Part shown: one piece after another, positions 1 through 13,470 of the stretch
Layout of the letters: each line of letters begins with the position of its first letter
How positions within the stretch are numbered: position 1 is the first letter of the stretch
Assembly: GCA_030704615.1 (NCBI GenBank)
Contig: CM060731.1
Span: forward strand, 76,198,001 to 76,262,000
Length of the DNA: 64,000 nt
Reading direction: 5' to 3'
Source: Takakia lepidozioides
Taxonomy: Eukaryota; Plantae; Bryophyta
Translations under genes and position numbers: made by a program
Notes under the pieces: generated by a model
Told to the model about the DNA's origin: nothing
Databases searched by the model: none
What the model saw: the letters and a program-made list of their open reading frames with translations, nothing else

Positions 1-1630
1 CCCACGCTGTGGATCCAACTCCACCTCTGCACCTCGTGGCTCAGGAACTCGTGCTGCTCCTCGAGTCACAGCTGCAGCAGACTCCACCTGCACTAGTGGT
101 AGTGCTGCTCCGCACATGAATCCCATGCCTCCCATATCTCCTCCCTCAGGAGCACGAGGTGGACCATCCGGCCTTGGAGCCGGTACCACCTGAGGTGTAG
201 CCATGGCAGCGAGCCTCTGCTCTAGCTGCTGAAGCCGGTTGGCCATGCCTTGGTCAACACCCTGACCTCCGCGTCCTTGGCCATGTTGAGCTTGCCCTTG
301 GCCTACACCCCGTGCCTGGCCACCTCGTCCTCTTTGGGCTGCTCCCCCTCGCCCCCGGCCACCATTGTTCCCTTGGAACTGGCCTGGGCGCAACTCGGGA
401 TGCAAACCATAACACTGGGCCTCTCCACGCCCGTGCTTGCCACAATGCCCACACTGCAACTGTGCAGGCTGTGCATGTGCCGGCCCTTTGCCTCCCTCTG
501 GACAATCCTTCTTGACGTTGGGTCCTCGATATGTCCAACACACCACATCCGCCCATTGTTGGCCTGCAAATGAAGGTAGAGACCCATGCATCTGAGGTCC
601 TCTCTGCCCTTCCCTGAGCTTCACATGAGCCCCCTTGTTGCCTTGAGCACGTTGAGGTAGTGGTTGGCTAAGAGCACCACTACCCCGTGGTATCTCCTTA
701 GCAAATCCCACCATGACCACTCGTTCCTCCACCATGTTGAGCTCTATCCGCTCTGCCAGCAAAAACACATTTGCTAAGGTGGGTTGGGCCGCTTATAGGA
801 GAGTTGCATCCCGCACCCTTCTCCTCAACTCCTTGTCCAATATCCCATACCGGAATTGGACTGCCTGAGCTTCCGTAACCCCTTGGGTTACATTTATCAA
901 GCGCCTCATGCGAGTGAAAGCCTCCCTCAAGCTCTCAGTAGGCTTCTGTTGGAACTCTTCGCAACTTCTCTGTCTTCACCCCTCGGTAGTTCCCTCTCAA
1001 CTCTTCGAAGAACTTCACAACAGGGTTAAAGGCAGGCACGGGTACTGGTGCTGGTGTTGGTGCGGTAGTGGCTTGGGTGGACGTCGTAGCTACGGTACCA
1101 CCAGTCCTACTAGTCCCACTCCTGCTTGCTGAAGCTACCGGTGCAGCGGCAGGTGTAGCCACTGCCCTCGTGACTCTAGTGCCCCTAGTGATGGAGACAT
1201 AGTCGGGTGACCAGTACATCCTCTACTCCTCGATCTCAACCTCATGCCCCCGCCTGAACTCATGGTAATCATCCATAGGCGGCCCCTCAAGGTGCTGAAA
1301 CAGCCCCTTCCATGCCATGAAAGGCGTAAATAGTTGTGGATTGCGCATTTGCTACAAATCACACCAACTATCAAACTCTTGGATAAAATCATCCAACTCG
1401 ATGGTGCCCACCGCCCCAGAGTACCTTCGTGGCCTTGGTAGCTCCATACATCTCTTCCATTGTGTCCCACAACAATGGCAAAGAAATAACTTGCACCGCC
1501 GGTATGAGTCCTCCTGATTCACAATCCGAATCAGAACCTTCCGTAGAAGACACAGGAGGTGAAGGTGGCCTAAACCGCACACCTCGTACACTAGTATCGC
1601 TAGTGCTCGAACCGGCACTGTCCCCAGCAA
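1..1630 (-). mobile_element. Decayed Ty3/gypsy-type gag (retrotransposon remnant)
   Basis: The minus strand reads RYSGAVGTIELDDFIQEFDSWCDL (gag N-terminus, ~1360-1440) and zinc-knuckle-like CWTYRGPNVKKDCP...CGHCGKHGRGEAQCYGLHPELRP (~385-545). Stops and frameshifts are present. Confidence 0.7.
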
Positions 1631-2289
1631 CTAGTGGCACCTCCGTGTTGACACTCAACCGGTCATGAACATGTCCCTAAACCCCCTCTCCACAAGGTAA
1701 CCGGGTAGAGAACCTGTTGCGGCTTATGGATTGGAATACTAAGTTCCTAACATAGCCTACACCTGTACCTGCATCCACCGCAAGCATTCCTATGGTTGAC
1801 TGGTCATCACCTCCAACCTCACCACAGGAGAAACAATGATGGTCTGGCTGGTAGCGCCCACACAAAACTAGCATGGCGCACAGTCAAGCATGCAGGTATG
1901 GAGGAGATCCAAACACAAAAAATCAGAACGACAACTCCCCCACACCAAAAACAACTCCACGGTGTTGCTCATGCAAGGACACCCCAGCCCAAACCCGGAC
2001 TGACTCTTGCCTCCACCTACGGAAAGGTCTTGGCCTAATGAGAGGGTGAAAACTACGAGGAAGAGAAGCTAAAGCAATGCCTAACCCCAGCATGCCCTCA
2101 TCCCAACACTCTTCATCTCCTCTCTTCCCTCACTTGCATGACCATGGGAATATCATGAAGATACTCCTCAAACCGCCCTCCACGAGCTTCAAAATTCGGC
2201 CTTCAAGATCACATGCCAGTCCTTAGGCAATCCACCAGTGCCTCCATGAGTCAGCACAGGCCGTCCACAGGTCAACACGGGCCACCACA

Positions 2290-2725
2290 GACCAGTACAA
2301 GCCCACACAGCTCACTGGTCACAGACGTCACAGCCCCACACAAGCCATAGCCTGTCACAGCCCTACATAGGTCACAGGGTCACAGCCCCACAGGCCGCAG
2401 CCTGTTACAGCCCGTCACAGCCCCAAAGGCCACATATCACAGCCTGTCACAACCCCCACGGCCACAGCTCACAGCATGTCACAGCCCTACAAAGGTCACA
2501 GGGTCACAGCCCCAAAGGCCACAGCCTGTCACAGCCCCTCACAGCCCCACAGGCCACTGGGCACAGCCTGTCACAGCCCTCACAGCCCCACAGGCCACAG
2601 GGCACAGCCTGTCACAGCCCCTCACAGCCCCACAGGCCACAGGGCACAGCCTGTCACAGCCCCTCACAGCCCCACAGGCCACAGGGCACAGCCTGTCACA
2701 GCCCGTCACAGCCCCACAAGCCACT
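2290..2725. repeat. CACAGCC-rich minisatellite (42-bp unit in its most regular part)
   Basis: Unit cacagccccacaggccacagggcacagcctgtcacagcccct recurs at 2581, 2623 and 2665. More degenerate copies extend back to ~2290. Confidence 0.9.
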
Positions 2726-2989
2726 CATGACAGTTTAGCCATTTCTCCAAGGGGTTTAGCCAAAAAAAGCTAGGGTTTGTGTCTCTTGGACTCTAGGCTT
2801 CTTTGCACCGAGCTATGGCGGCTGTGAAAAAATCAGCAAGGTATTCTTGCTCTTTTGGCTCCCACACACCACCAATAGTAGCCCTAAGCCACGAGGAAGA
2901 TGGTTGCCACAAACCAAGCCTTCTTTCTCACTTAGACTGCCCAAACACGCCACTAAACTCAATAGCAAACCACCAAGCCTTGCTGGTTT

Positions 2990-3737
2990 CCAGCCCTTGT
3001 GAGCATTCATTCAAGCGTTTCCCTTGGCCATAGCATCTGTCTTAGAGCCTATTCCAGCCCCCTACACTTGCCACTTCAAGAGCCATGCTCTATCTAGGCT
3101 TGAGGTTGAAACCCCAACTCAGAATACGCCCCGGGGGGTGCACTCTTTATAAACTGTGCGTATCACGTGCGTTCGTCGCCTAATAAAAAAACCCCCTGTA
3201 TATGGATCATTGGATAATTTATACCCCATCTGTACATACTTTTTGAAGATTATAAAATCCCCTCCTGTAAATATACAAAAATTTACAATTTTTGGAAAGT
3301 ACCCCCTTCTGTATGTATATTCTCATTTTTCATCATTAAAAATAACCCTCCAATATGTATATGTATGTTTTTATATTATATCAAATTTATTCATTTAAAA
3401 CATAATAAAATCTAACAAATTAATTAAAAAAAATATTTGCCTTTGATAAAGTTGTCAAAGACTTTTCGGTCATTTGCATCAAGAACATATGTGTTTGACT
3501 TGACATTGTACTTTAAACATGCTGACGCGATAATGGAATCCAAATCAACCATCATGTTATCCGTCAAATCGTACGACACTCCTCTTGTGGTGCAAGAGCT
3601 CTTCTTCCAAGCTCTGAAACCCTAGGGGCACATTCCATGGCCTTGCCGCACCTCTTAGCTCCTATTCCAGCCCTGCTCTTGCCATGACAAGAGCCCTCTC
3701 AATGCTGAAGCTCGAGATTGAAACCCAATCTCAACAT
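2990..3737 (-). mobile_element. Two related LTR-terminus fragments (2990-3122 and 3590-3737)
   Basis: Both share cttag..cctattccagccc...cttgcca..caagagcc...ttgaaaccc(c)aa.ctca. The second ends in tctcaaca, which is TGTTGAG on the minus strand, a canonical LTR 5' TG. Confidence 0.45.
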
Positions 3738-4499
3738 CATGAGTGCCTCAATTTGTTATTGCACCATATTTTCTTCAGCTTCTGACAGTCTATTTGCTAG
3801 TGTTCTTGTGGCAGAAAACCTATAATTTCGGCGCTGACTAAATCAAGATTCTAGAGCAAATACTATATTTCATCCAAATAATGCTGTTTTTACAAAGTGC
3901 ACTGATTTGCCCCAAGCCAAATCAGCCCTTTTGCTTGGTTTTGCAATCCTGCAGCATGGTGCTTTCATCTCTGAAGCTGAAGATCGAATGCCAAGGTCTA
4001 CCACCTCGTAACCCACATCGCCTCCGCTTCTAACAACCAAGAGCTCCACGGTGCTCCTTGCATAACAACCTGGTTTCTCTCATTCTCAAGCAAAAACCAC
4101 AAGTGCTACAACTAACTCGTATCTGGCACTCACAGATACGAGCTCATCTTTCTCGAGTGATAAAGAAGAAGAATACAAGCACAAGCTCATGCGAGCTCAC
4201 AAAGTTGAAGCATAAACTCATGCATATATAAACTCATCACTCAAATATAAGTCAAGCCAAGTGCACCCCACGCCATGGGGAATCCACACTACGGCGCCAT
4301 AACTAGGCGTGGTGAGGCTCAACTCGAGAAAGATGAGCCTCCCGCGCTTGCCGTGAAGATAACCACTCCAGGGCCTAAATCTGCCTTGACCCCTGGATTG
4401 ACACTTGGGCCAATCCCAAATGTCAATTTGTAAAAGCTAGTTATTTCCTAGCTAGTTTCACACTAGTGGTAAAATAACTTGACAAAGGTATGGGTACAG

Positions 4500-6301
4500 C
4501 CAGTATGCTTCTTATTAAGAGAGAGTTCTTGACTTACAAAATGGACCCCAATGACACCATTGATGACCACATTGCAAAGATGAAAGACATGGGATCTCGA
4601 CCATTTGGCATCAATGGAAGCCCCGATTGTTGAAGAAGACTTGACTCTTGCTATCTTGCTGAGCCTACCTACTACTTACAAGAATCTAGTTGATGTGATG
4701 ATGACACAGTACAATTGACTATGTATCTATTAGCACATTGATGCTAGATGAAAGGAGAAGGTAACACGACATGTTGGCTGAAGAGATAGCTTTGGCAGCA
4801 TAAAAGAGAAGGGACGCAACCAACGCAACTAGTGCAAATCTCGCGGAGACTCGTACCTGTTACACATGTGGTGAGAGAGGTTATATTGCCCCATTCTGTC
4901 CGAAGAAGCGACAAGCGCAGAAGGACAAAATGAAGGCTAGGAAAGAAGTGAATTCAAGCTCTACATCAGCACAAGTTGCTGAATCAAGCGAAATGCTCTT
5001 CATGGTAGTCACAAAGAGCACAAGCGAGGACAAATGGATTCTTGATTCTGGAGCTTTTGAGCACATAAGTTGTCGCAAGGACTGATTTATGTATTTGAAG
5101 CCTATTACAAGACTTCCAATTCACGACATCGCTGGTGCACTCTCGGCAGATGCTCGTGGGATAGTTCAATTGGAGATGTCCATTGATGGCGGGAAGAAAG
5201 GTACTGGTCACCTGAGAGTTTGCATGTACCTGGTATGAATACTAATCTCATCTCTGTGATAAAGTGAGCAACGGAAGGTGTTCGTGCCGAGTTTTTCAAT
5301 ACTTTTTGTAGGCTTTGGAAATGAGTCAAACTTGTTGGGGAAGGAGAATTGGATGGTAGTCTACTTTACAAGATGAAATGTAATTAAGTCGTGCCTAATA
5401 TCCAAGCCAATGTGTCAAGTACTGGTTTGACAAAGTTATGGCATGATAGGCTAGGTCATCTAGGCCTTCAAAACCTCCACTTAATGAAGAAAATGGTGAC
5501 GGGCTTTGACTTGGACCAAAAGGTAGAGCTAGGGTTTTGTGGCGCATGTGTGGCAGAGAAACTTCACAAACAACAAGTGAAGAGTGATGAAGAACGAAGA
5601 GACGCACGAGACTTGCTAGAGCTCATACATTCTGATGTGTGCGGTCCAATGAGAATTGCTACACACTATGGTTATGTGTACTTCGTAACCTTTACTGATG
5701 AGAAGTCTAGAAAATCATTCGTAATCTCATGATGAAGACCAAAGACCAAGTTTTGGAGAAATTTCAGCTGTTCAAAACATTGGAGGAGAACCAAACAGGC
5801 TTGAGAATTAAGAAACTGATGTTAGATGGAGGCGGAGAGTACAAGTCAAAAGCATTTGCATGCTTTATTGCTTTTGCAGGGATTGAAAGTTTGACAACTA
5901 GTCGTGACTCACCAGCACAAAATGGGCTAGCTGAGTGCCTCAACCGCACCTTGATGGAGAAGGCGAGAGCTATGTTGGAACAAAAGCACCTCAACCATTC
6001 TTTATGGGGTGAAGCTGTTTTGACAGCAAACTAACTCCGGAACGTTAGCCCCACATCATCACTCATGAATGCTACACCGGCGGAAGCATGGAGTGGAAAA
6101 AAACCAGATGTCTCTAAGATCAAGGTGTTTGGAAGTGTGGCTTATGTCCTAAAGCCCAATGAGCAACGTGTGAAACTTGATTCCAAAGTTGATCATAAGT
6201 GCATTTTGCTAGGATTTGATGAGGGGACTCCAAACTATCGTTTGTACAATCCTAGCACTAGCATATTATCCACAGCAATGACGTCATATGTGATGAAGTG
6301 A
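4500..6301 (+). mobile_element. Ty1/copia gag-pol remnant (gag, zinc knuckle, protease, GAG-pre-integrase, integrase), pseudogenised
   Basis: Motifs CYTCGERGYIAPFCP (~4858), WILDSGAFEH (~5035), LWHDRLGHLG, LELIHSDVCGPM, DGGGEY, QNGLAECLNRTL and TPAEAWSGKKPDVS appear in copia domain order. Multiple stops and frameshifts; truncated before RT. Confidence 0.92.
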
Positions 6302-6899
6302 GAGACATTGTGCGCACAGAAGAAGAAAAGAGAGAACGTGTACTAATGCCTTGACCATTCACATTGGCCGATGGGAATGAGGCGGGCAGTTGTAGGATAG
6401 GGTGTCTCACTTTTTGCAGAAGGTGACGTCCATGAAAGTCCATTTTGTTTTTTTAAAGCATATTTTTTCAGTTTGATTCTCATAAAGATAGACAATAGTA
6501 TATTTAACATCTTTAATAAAGGGTCTAACCCCAAATATTATAGATATTATTTATTAGAATTTTAATCTTTAATTAGAATCAATTTTTAGGAGTCAAATCC
6601 TAGAGTGTATAGCCATTTGTCCATATACCACTGGCCATCCTAGATTATATGTTTGTATATTTATTAATAAAAGATGATATCCCAAAAATCCAAAAGACAA
6701 TATGCTATAGACTAATAAAAAGTTACACATTTGTTTTGGTGTATAAGAAAATCCATAGCTTGGTAAAACTTTGATAGATTTCCAAACGACTTTCACCTAT
6801 TAAAACATTGCACACTTTCTACACATGGCTTTTCGACCTTATCACAATTGGTTAAATTTAGATATGTTTTTTAGAGTCCATAGCATAAAAAACTGTGTC

Positions 6900-7652
6900 G
6901 ATGACAAAACAATGTTTTGAGTTTCAAAAGTCTGTGGAACATATGGAAAATGAAATGTGTTGTTCTTTTCCAAAACGTGAGGCCTTGTTTGCAGAGAGTG
7001 TTGTATTGGGCTCACTAAGACCTCGTGTCTGAAGCTCGAAAAGCTTGGTTTGTTGTTGTGATAGCTCTTCCGAAGTGTAGTGAGGCAAGAAAGAACCAAC
7101 TGCTTACAGACTTTGACAACTCCTGGGGAAAGAATAAGATCTTTGGTAGAGGAATTTTAGACTCTTGGCAATGCAATTAGCTCCAAATAGTCTCCCTTAG
7201 AAGGAGACGAGACTAAGGTGAACTGGAGGCACAAAAAAATAAGCCAGTGGAAGAGTAGATCTAAAACCCAACTTTCCTTTGAGGCTCCCAAATGCAAGAG
7301 GGGTAGTATGTGGGTTAAAGTCTAGATTGTATGCAGCTCTCCTAGCAGCCTGCTGCTTAGTTTAAGTTGTTGCATCCCCCTGTTTGATTATCATTTTCTC
7401 TCTCGAGGGACTCTTTCTCCTCTGTTGAGATGCCGACTCCCTAGTTAGTTTATGTTCTTATAAAAAGTCAATTGCTCCTTTCCTTTAGTTCTCTTTCTTC
7501 TTATATTGGTCTTTTCTGGCTTGGAGTAGAACCTCGTTCTTTTGCCTCATGGCTCTCTATAAGGTTATTTTTTTTCCTATGGATAAATAAAGTTTATCAG
7601 GGCTACAATCCCCCTGTTTGATAAATAAAAATAAAAATAAAAATAAAATAAA
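6900..7652 (+). mobile_element. L1-type LINE 3' remnant with A-rich tail
   Basis: WNIWKMKCVVLFQN (~6935) resembles the plant L1 ORF2 C-terminal WxIWKxRNxxxF motif. A T-rich 3'UTR and a (TAAAA)n tail at 7621-7652 follow. Confidence 0.55.
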
Positions 7653-9431
7653 TCCATAGCATTCTTATAGTTCATCCAATTTGCGAGAAAATTGTTACAT
7701 TATATAGGTTTGTAGGTGGTATACAAGAACCCATGTCTTTTCTAATAAAGATGAACTATTGTGAAGAAAAAGATAACATGAAACACAGTCACTGAAAAAC
7801 TGCCTGATGACGTCCGAACTAAGACACCCTAACCTACAACTGCCAGACAAAATCATCGACTTCAGATGAAGATAGTTGCAGAGATCGCGGTGCAGAGTCT
7901 ACTGTTGCAAAACAATATGCAACATTGGAGTACCAAGAGTTTTCTTTTGAATGAGAATAAAAAAATTGAGTGAATGGAACTACTAGCTAATATTGAAAAA
8001 TTATTTGTTTTTCAATACCAGCCTGACCCCGCTGGTATAAAAAAAGTAATACCCGTCCAAAACTGAGCACCAGGAATGTGAAAGCAAATTATGGTGACTA
8101 CGTTTTTCTGTCACAACTCGTTTTTTACATGACATAGTTTGATTTAATTGTACCTTAGAGAGTTTTATTACAATGATGAAGTGAGACTCACTCTTATGCT
8201 TCCAACTACTATAAGCTCTAATCTTTAAATTTTCACCATGAATGAAGTTGATTCGACAATGTTACAGTCCATAAGAAAAGGTGTTATGGACTTTTGCACT
8301 CACTATAAAAAAAACAAATAATAGTTGGGATTCATATTAGTATTGTTGTACTCTTAAAGATACTAAAATCCTATAGAAAACATCAAGAAAATAAAATTTT
8401 GTACTTGTATATATTATTGTGAGCCTCAAAAAATTGATTTTTTATAAAATACATGAATGCATGAAAACAAAGTAAAACAATAGACTTGCTTATTCGAAAT
8501 GTACATGAAGAGGAACAATAGCCCGAGGGTCACTATGCGATATAATGAAAAAAAAAGAAATAAAAAAAAGAAATATTGTCTGTTATTGGAAAAGCTAAGG
8601 TAGCCTGTGCCATTGGCCCAAGTATCAAGTGTCATCTAAGTCCAAGTGCAATCCCCTCACCGACGCTACAAAACAAAATAAAACAAAAACAAAACAAACG
8701 TCTCACTTCATATATTGATAGGAATAATCCCATAGTGTCTGTTGCTTACTGGCAACTTTAGATGGTTCAGATCGTTCAACATGTGACTATATTTTTTCAT
8801 AATTATTAAATCAAAACTGTGCAAAACCTTGGGACTTCTTGTTTATAGGCCACCGCTGAGACTCTTTTGAGACACCATATGTAGCGCAGCGTGCTTTCAC
8901 CCACATCAGGGATGACTTGGAAAGGACTCCTATATTGTCGTGCTCAAAAGTTGGTGGAGGCCGTCTTAGAACCGGCAAGTCGTTTCTTTCCGAATCTTTT
9001 CGTTCGGCTTGTCTTTCCTGATGAGCGGTGTTTCTTCCCTCACTCTGCACACTCTGATGCAGATAGAGCAGACCGCTGGATTATATCATGTAGGCGATCC
9101 TCTCTTGGATTAGAGCTCAAAGTTTCCGAGATAAGCCAGGGATATTTTGCTTGGGTCGTACCCAGTCATACTCAATTGCGCATGTAGTGCAGTACCTCAA
9201 ATTTATTGACGTGGACTTGGAACAAGTGTGAGCACGAAGCCGCCATATATACTTCAAACAGAGCACCGATTCGAATTTCATTGATCTCCGGAAATTATGC
9301 TAGATGAGGACTTGACTCCAAGTTATTAGTCTTTTCTCAGGTGCTCCGGTACGCTCGATAACTGAGCAAGTGTGTGGATGAGGAATAGGTATAAGGACAC
9401 TTGCTCAGGTTGATCTGACAGAATAGGGAAG

Positions 9432-11975
9432 ATGGAGAAGATTATGGTCGCTCTAGTTGTAATGCTTACAACCATGTTTACAACCACACCGCTTTGTCTG
9501 CGGATTGATGCAGCGTCGAGTGCTGACTTGGAACCCATATCTAAAATTGAGGCTAAATCTCACAAGAAAGCTAGGGCAGGTGCATACTTTGTATTTGGGG
9601 ACTCCTTGCTGGATGTAGGGGAGAACAACTACTTGGGGCCGTCTTCACCGAAAGCCAACTTCCCCCCATACGGAGAGACCCACTTTCACAAGCCTACAGG
9701 CCGCTGGACAAATGGTCGCAACATTGGCGACTTTATCGGTAACAGATCAAACCTGGGTTTTATTAGCTACTAGTAGGCACGATATGTATGTACTTGTTCT
9801 CGGTCACTTACCCTCTGTGCAGTTCCATGACGGTCGAGAAGTGCATCATACTGTCACTGAGATCTGCAGTCGTGAAGTAGCAGAAGGTCGTCTGGTGAGC
9901 TTGATTCTCGAAAAGTGGAGTGCATATCCAGCCAGGGCTCAGATCAATATCGTCTTTCAACTATCGGGTTACTGACTAAATTATGTGCGGTGGAATTCAC
10001 ATGTTGACAGCGCACCAATTGGGACTGCCCTATGCGCCCCCATATTCGCAACCGGTTGCAAGCTTCCGCAAGGGAGTGAATTTTGCATCTGCTGGAAGTG
10101 GGCTTCTAGACACTACAAGCCCCAATACGGTAAGATGATTCCATTTAATATGATTGAGCAGCACTCATGTGTGTGTACTACTCTCAGTACTTCACAGGTT
10201 TACGTAAGCTACGTATCAGTCCAGGCAGGACCGACAGGATGATCTTGTCTCAAGGCTCGCGAGGCGCATCTGTCAAAATCTGACAGGATTCTCGGGTTTC
10301 TCTAAGCTGGACTTGAAGCAATACGTGCGGACCTTGAAGTACAGGCCGTAATTTAGCTCTAGACTGTAAACTATACAGACCGCGTTGTGCTGTGCCTTTA
10401 GAAACAGCGTGGAAACCACGCAACCAAGGGCCTCCGCTTGTCATCTGGGATTGATACTTGCCAGAGTATCAAATTAATACTTCAAATGAATGAAAGAGAT
10501 CATCACAAACGATCAATATGCCAATGCTACCGAGACTAGAGTACGCTTGAATGCGCAAGCTTGAGGAAGTAAATCATCCACCTATCATCCAGTCTTCCGA
10601 CATTTGCACCAATTGGCCCACAGCTTCAAATATTGCTCTTCATCAGCTGTAATCTGCTGAAATAACTTTATTCTTACCTTTGGACACGGTCCCCAACTGC
10701 ACGACTGTCCCTGACGGTTTCTAATAACAAATTGAGAAATGGCACAGAATGCTTATTTTTGTTACTTTTTAAGACTGCTCAATCTAGGTCTGGTTTCATT
10801 GCTTGCAGACAAATCCCATGAGCCTGCAATTAGCCCAATTCAAGAATGCAACTGCCATTCTGAAGTTGGAGCTGGGAGCACATGCTGCTCATCATGTCAT
10901 GACTGAAGCATTTTATCTTATACTAAGCGGTTCTAATGATCTTTCTGGCTACCTTCAAAGGCCGGATCTCCAGAAGCAGTACACTCCGAATCAATACATC
11001 GCCTTGATTGTGGAGGCACAACAACGGACTCTCTCTGTAAGTTTGTGGATTGTTGAGTTTGTTACCAAGACCACTTGCGATCGGTCCTGTTGCACGAGCA
11101 TGTTCACTGCATTGTCACAAATCACACATGTACCCGCATGTGAAGTCGTGACATCTCGTCTCTGGGATTAAGTTCGTCTTCAAAAGCTCAAACAGGAAGG
11201 ACTAGCTTGATATTTGGACCGCATTTTCTGAATGATTAGATTCTAGCATCATCACATGGTCAATCTCCTCAAGTATTAGCCAGCTTACTGCACACGTGAT
11301 AATCTCCCCATAATCTCATACAAAACTGCACAACAATTGGAATCCATGGCAGACGTTATACCAAGCAGGGGCACGCAAGGTGGTGGTGTTCGGCATTCCT
11401 CCGATGGGCTGCACACCCTTTGCCCGCTTCTCCAATTCGGCACAGCCTGGACAGTGCCTTTCGGTTGGGAATGAGTTCGCTGTAGAAACCAACGTGGGGT
11501 ACAAGAGCGTAGTCGATGCCGTCCGCTCGAAACTTCCAGGATTCCATGCAGTGTATATGGAAACCTTGAGCCCAGCGATGGCTATCATCAACAACGGCCC
11601 CGCCCACGGTACTATTCCATGATCCTTGTCACCACTCCTTGGAAGGAAAAACAGACCATCACCTCAGTTCACCATGGAATTTTCCATGACCATACTCAAA
11701 GATGGTGGTATCCTTTGGGTGCAGGGTTGAAGAATGTGAGTGCTGCCTGCTGTGGAGCTGGTCCTCTGCAAGCGGAAGTTCGCTGTGGATTGCCATTGCC
11801 TGCTCATCTCACCCTCTCGGTCTGCGACAGGCCAGATGAGTACTTCTTCTGGGACTATCTGCATCCCAGTGAAATAGTTCACCACATGATATTCAAACTC
11901 TTTTGGCATGGCAACTCCTCCATTAGCTACCCCATCAATGGGAGGACCTTGTCCAGACTTGGAAGGACAGTCTAA
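9432..11975 (+). CDS. GDSL esterase/lipase, secreted; 5 exons 9432-9738, 10011-10129, 10809-11036, 11353-11608, 11725-11975
   Basis: Signal peptide plus blocks FVFGDSLLDVG, PTGRWTNGR, GVNFASAGSG, SGSND, LYQAGARK..PPMGCTP, ACCG and FFWDYLHPSE. All introns are GT-AG and the frame is continuous, matching the canonical 5-exon GDSL layout. Confidence 0.95.
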
Positions 11976-12300
11976 GCATGTGGCTTGCTGGGTTTCCAGG
12001 GGCGACGGCTGCCCAAATTTCCCCGTCACACACAGCACACTGACAAGCAGGGATTTGAAAGTGCCCAGATATTTTGTGGTGGGTTCTTTGAATAAACATG
12101 ATTTTGTAGCCGTCATTCCTAACGACTGGAGGTCACATTCATTTTGCATCAACATAACTTCACTGTTTTTGAGGCACATCTAAGGATGACTCGTGTGTAT
12201 CCCAGAAATGAAATTCCATGCACCTAGCAACAAGTACACATAGGCCTCTGTGCGTGCTGAGAGAACTGTTGAAGACAAGAAAGACTGAGAAGTAAGAGAA

Positions 12301-13470
12301 TGTACTCATAAGACGTTGTTTGCTGTAGCCTCGTGGCCATTGACCCAGCGCCCACTCTGAGCGGAACACAAAGACACAGAGACTACGATGTCGGGGGCTG
12401 ACGCCGGTAGTATGACTTACCTTGAAACATGCTTACCTTGAAACATGCAATTGATCCGAGTCTTCCAGATATCCTTTAGAAATCCCTTCACACAAACATA
12501 AATCTGCTGTGTGTGATTTGCCCAATATCTAGACCTCAAAAGGGCCTGGGCTATTGGCTCAGCAACGAGATTTTTGAAGTTGGTAAACAGAGGTACAGGA
12601 ACATTTCCCTTGATGAATTGAAGAGGGCGTCTCTCTGGTGAGAGTACCCAGGACAATGAATCAGGAAATGGAAATTGTCTTCAGGTTCCCCACACAATGG
12701 ACATGTGCAGTCTCCCTTTCCTCTCTCCGTCTGTTTGCTGTTCAAAGTAGCCACCCTGAGTTTGAATTTCAGTCAAGTGTCGAGAGTGGGTAAACCCTTG
12801 AGGTCATCCACGATGGCCTCACCCATGTCGCAGACTGGAAACAGATTCAGGGAAGTTTTCTGCATAACTTCATTTTCATCAGACAATTTCCTGGCAACAG
12901 ACAATGGCTTTGGAAAGTTCAGCCTCTAAGTCACATTTATCCAGCAGGGTCATGGGTTGCGGACTTAGATTTCAATTTCTTGAAAACATCGACTTAGCCT
13001 ACTCCTGCTTCCAAGATATAAGGAGATTAACTTAGATATCTGGTATTAGTCATACGTTACAACTGACCCCACAACCTGACCTTGGATTCATCGAGTTGGG
13101 AGCTGGAGGAAGGCCAAACTCACCCGAACAGCCACATTAGCTGTTTTGGAGCATGCTGACATGCACTCCTTGAGCACCCCCACTTGAATGGATTCTAGAG
13201 ACTTAGCCTGGTTGGAGTTATCAACCCACACAGCAGATGCATACTCCAATAATGCGGCAGCAAAGCATGGGTTTTTCTACTTCAGAGTTGATCCCTCAGC
13301 AGTGGAAAAGGATTGAATCACTTTTTAAATATGCATTCCCAATTACATTTGAGGAAAACCGAACGCCGAAGTAGGGATGTAGGACAGGAATCTCTTGGCT
13401 TCCCCACTGCCACTAGAGGTCGCCTCCTCCCTTCCTACAGTCGTTAGTCATTGAATGTCACCACTGCACA
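12301..13470 (-). mobile_element. 5'-truncated non-L1 LINE (RTEX-like), copy 1
   Basis: The minus strand reads CAVVTFN, WQWGSQEIPV..YFGVRFSSN..W, LEYASAVW, GEFG and CPLCGEPEDNFHFLIHCP, and ends ...aacgtcttatgagtacatt. A decayed TSD is present: actgagaag(ta)agagaa at 12284 and actgagaagagaggaa at 13471. Confidence 0.8.

Noticed and set aside
2476-2730. ORF with a 14-aa repeat HSPTGHRAQPVTAP
   Set aside because: It is a translation of the 42-bp minisatellite, with no evidence of coding.
5690-9040. CTGATGA hammerhead-ribozyme cores (5695, 7804, 9018)
   Set aside because: No flanking helices with a properly placed GAAA. One lies within integrase coding sequence.
12410-12450. U1 snRNA-like ACTTACCT motif
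   Set aside because: It is a short local duplication inside the LINE 3' region, with no U1 body.
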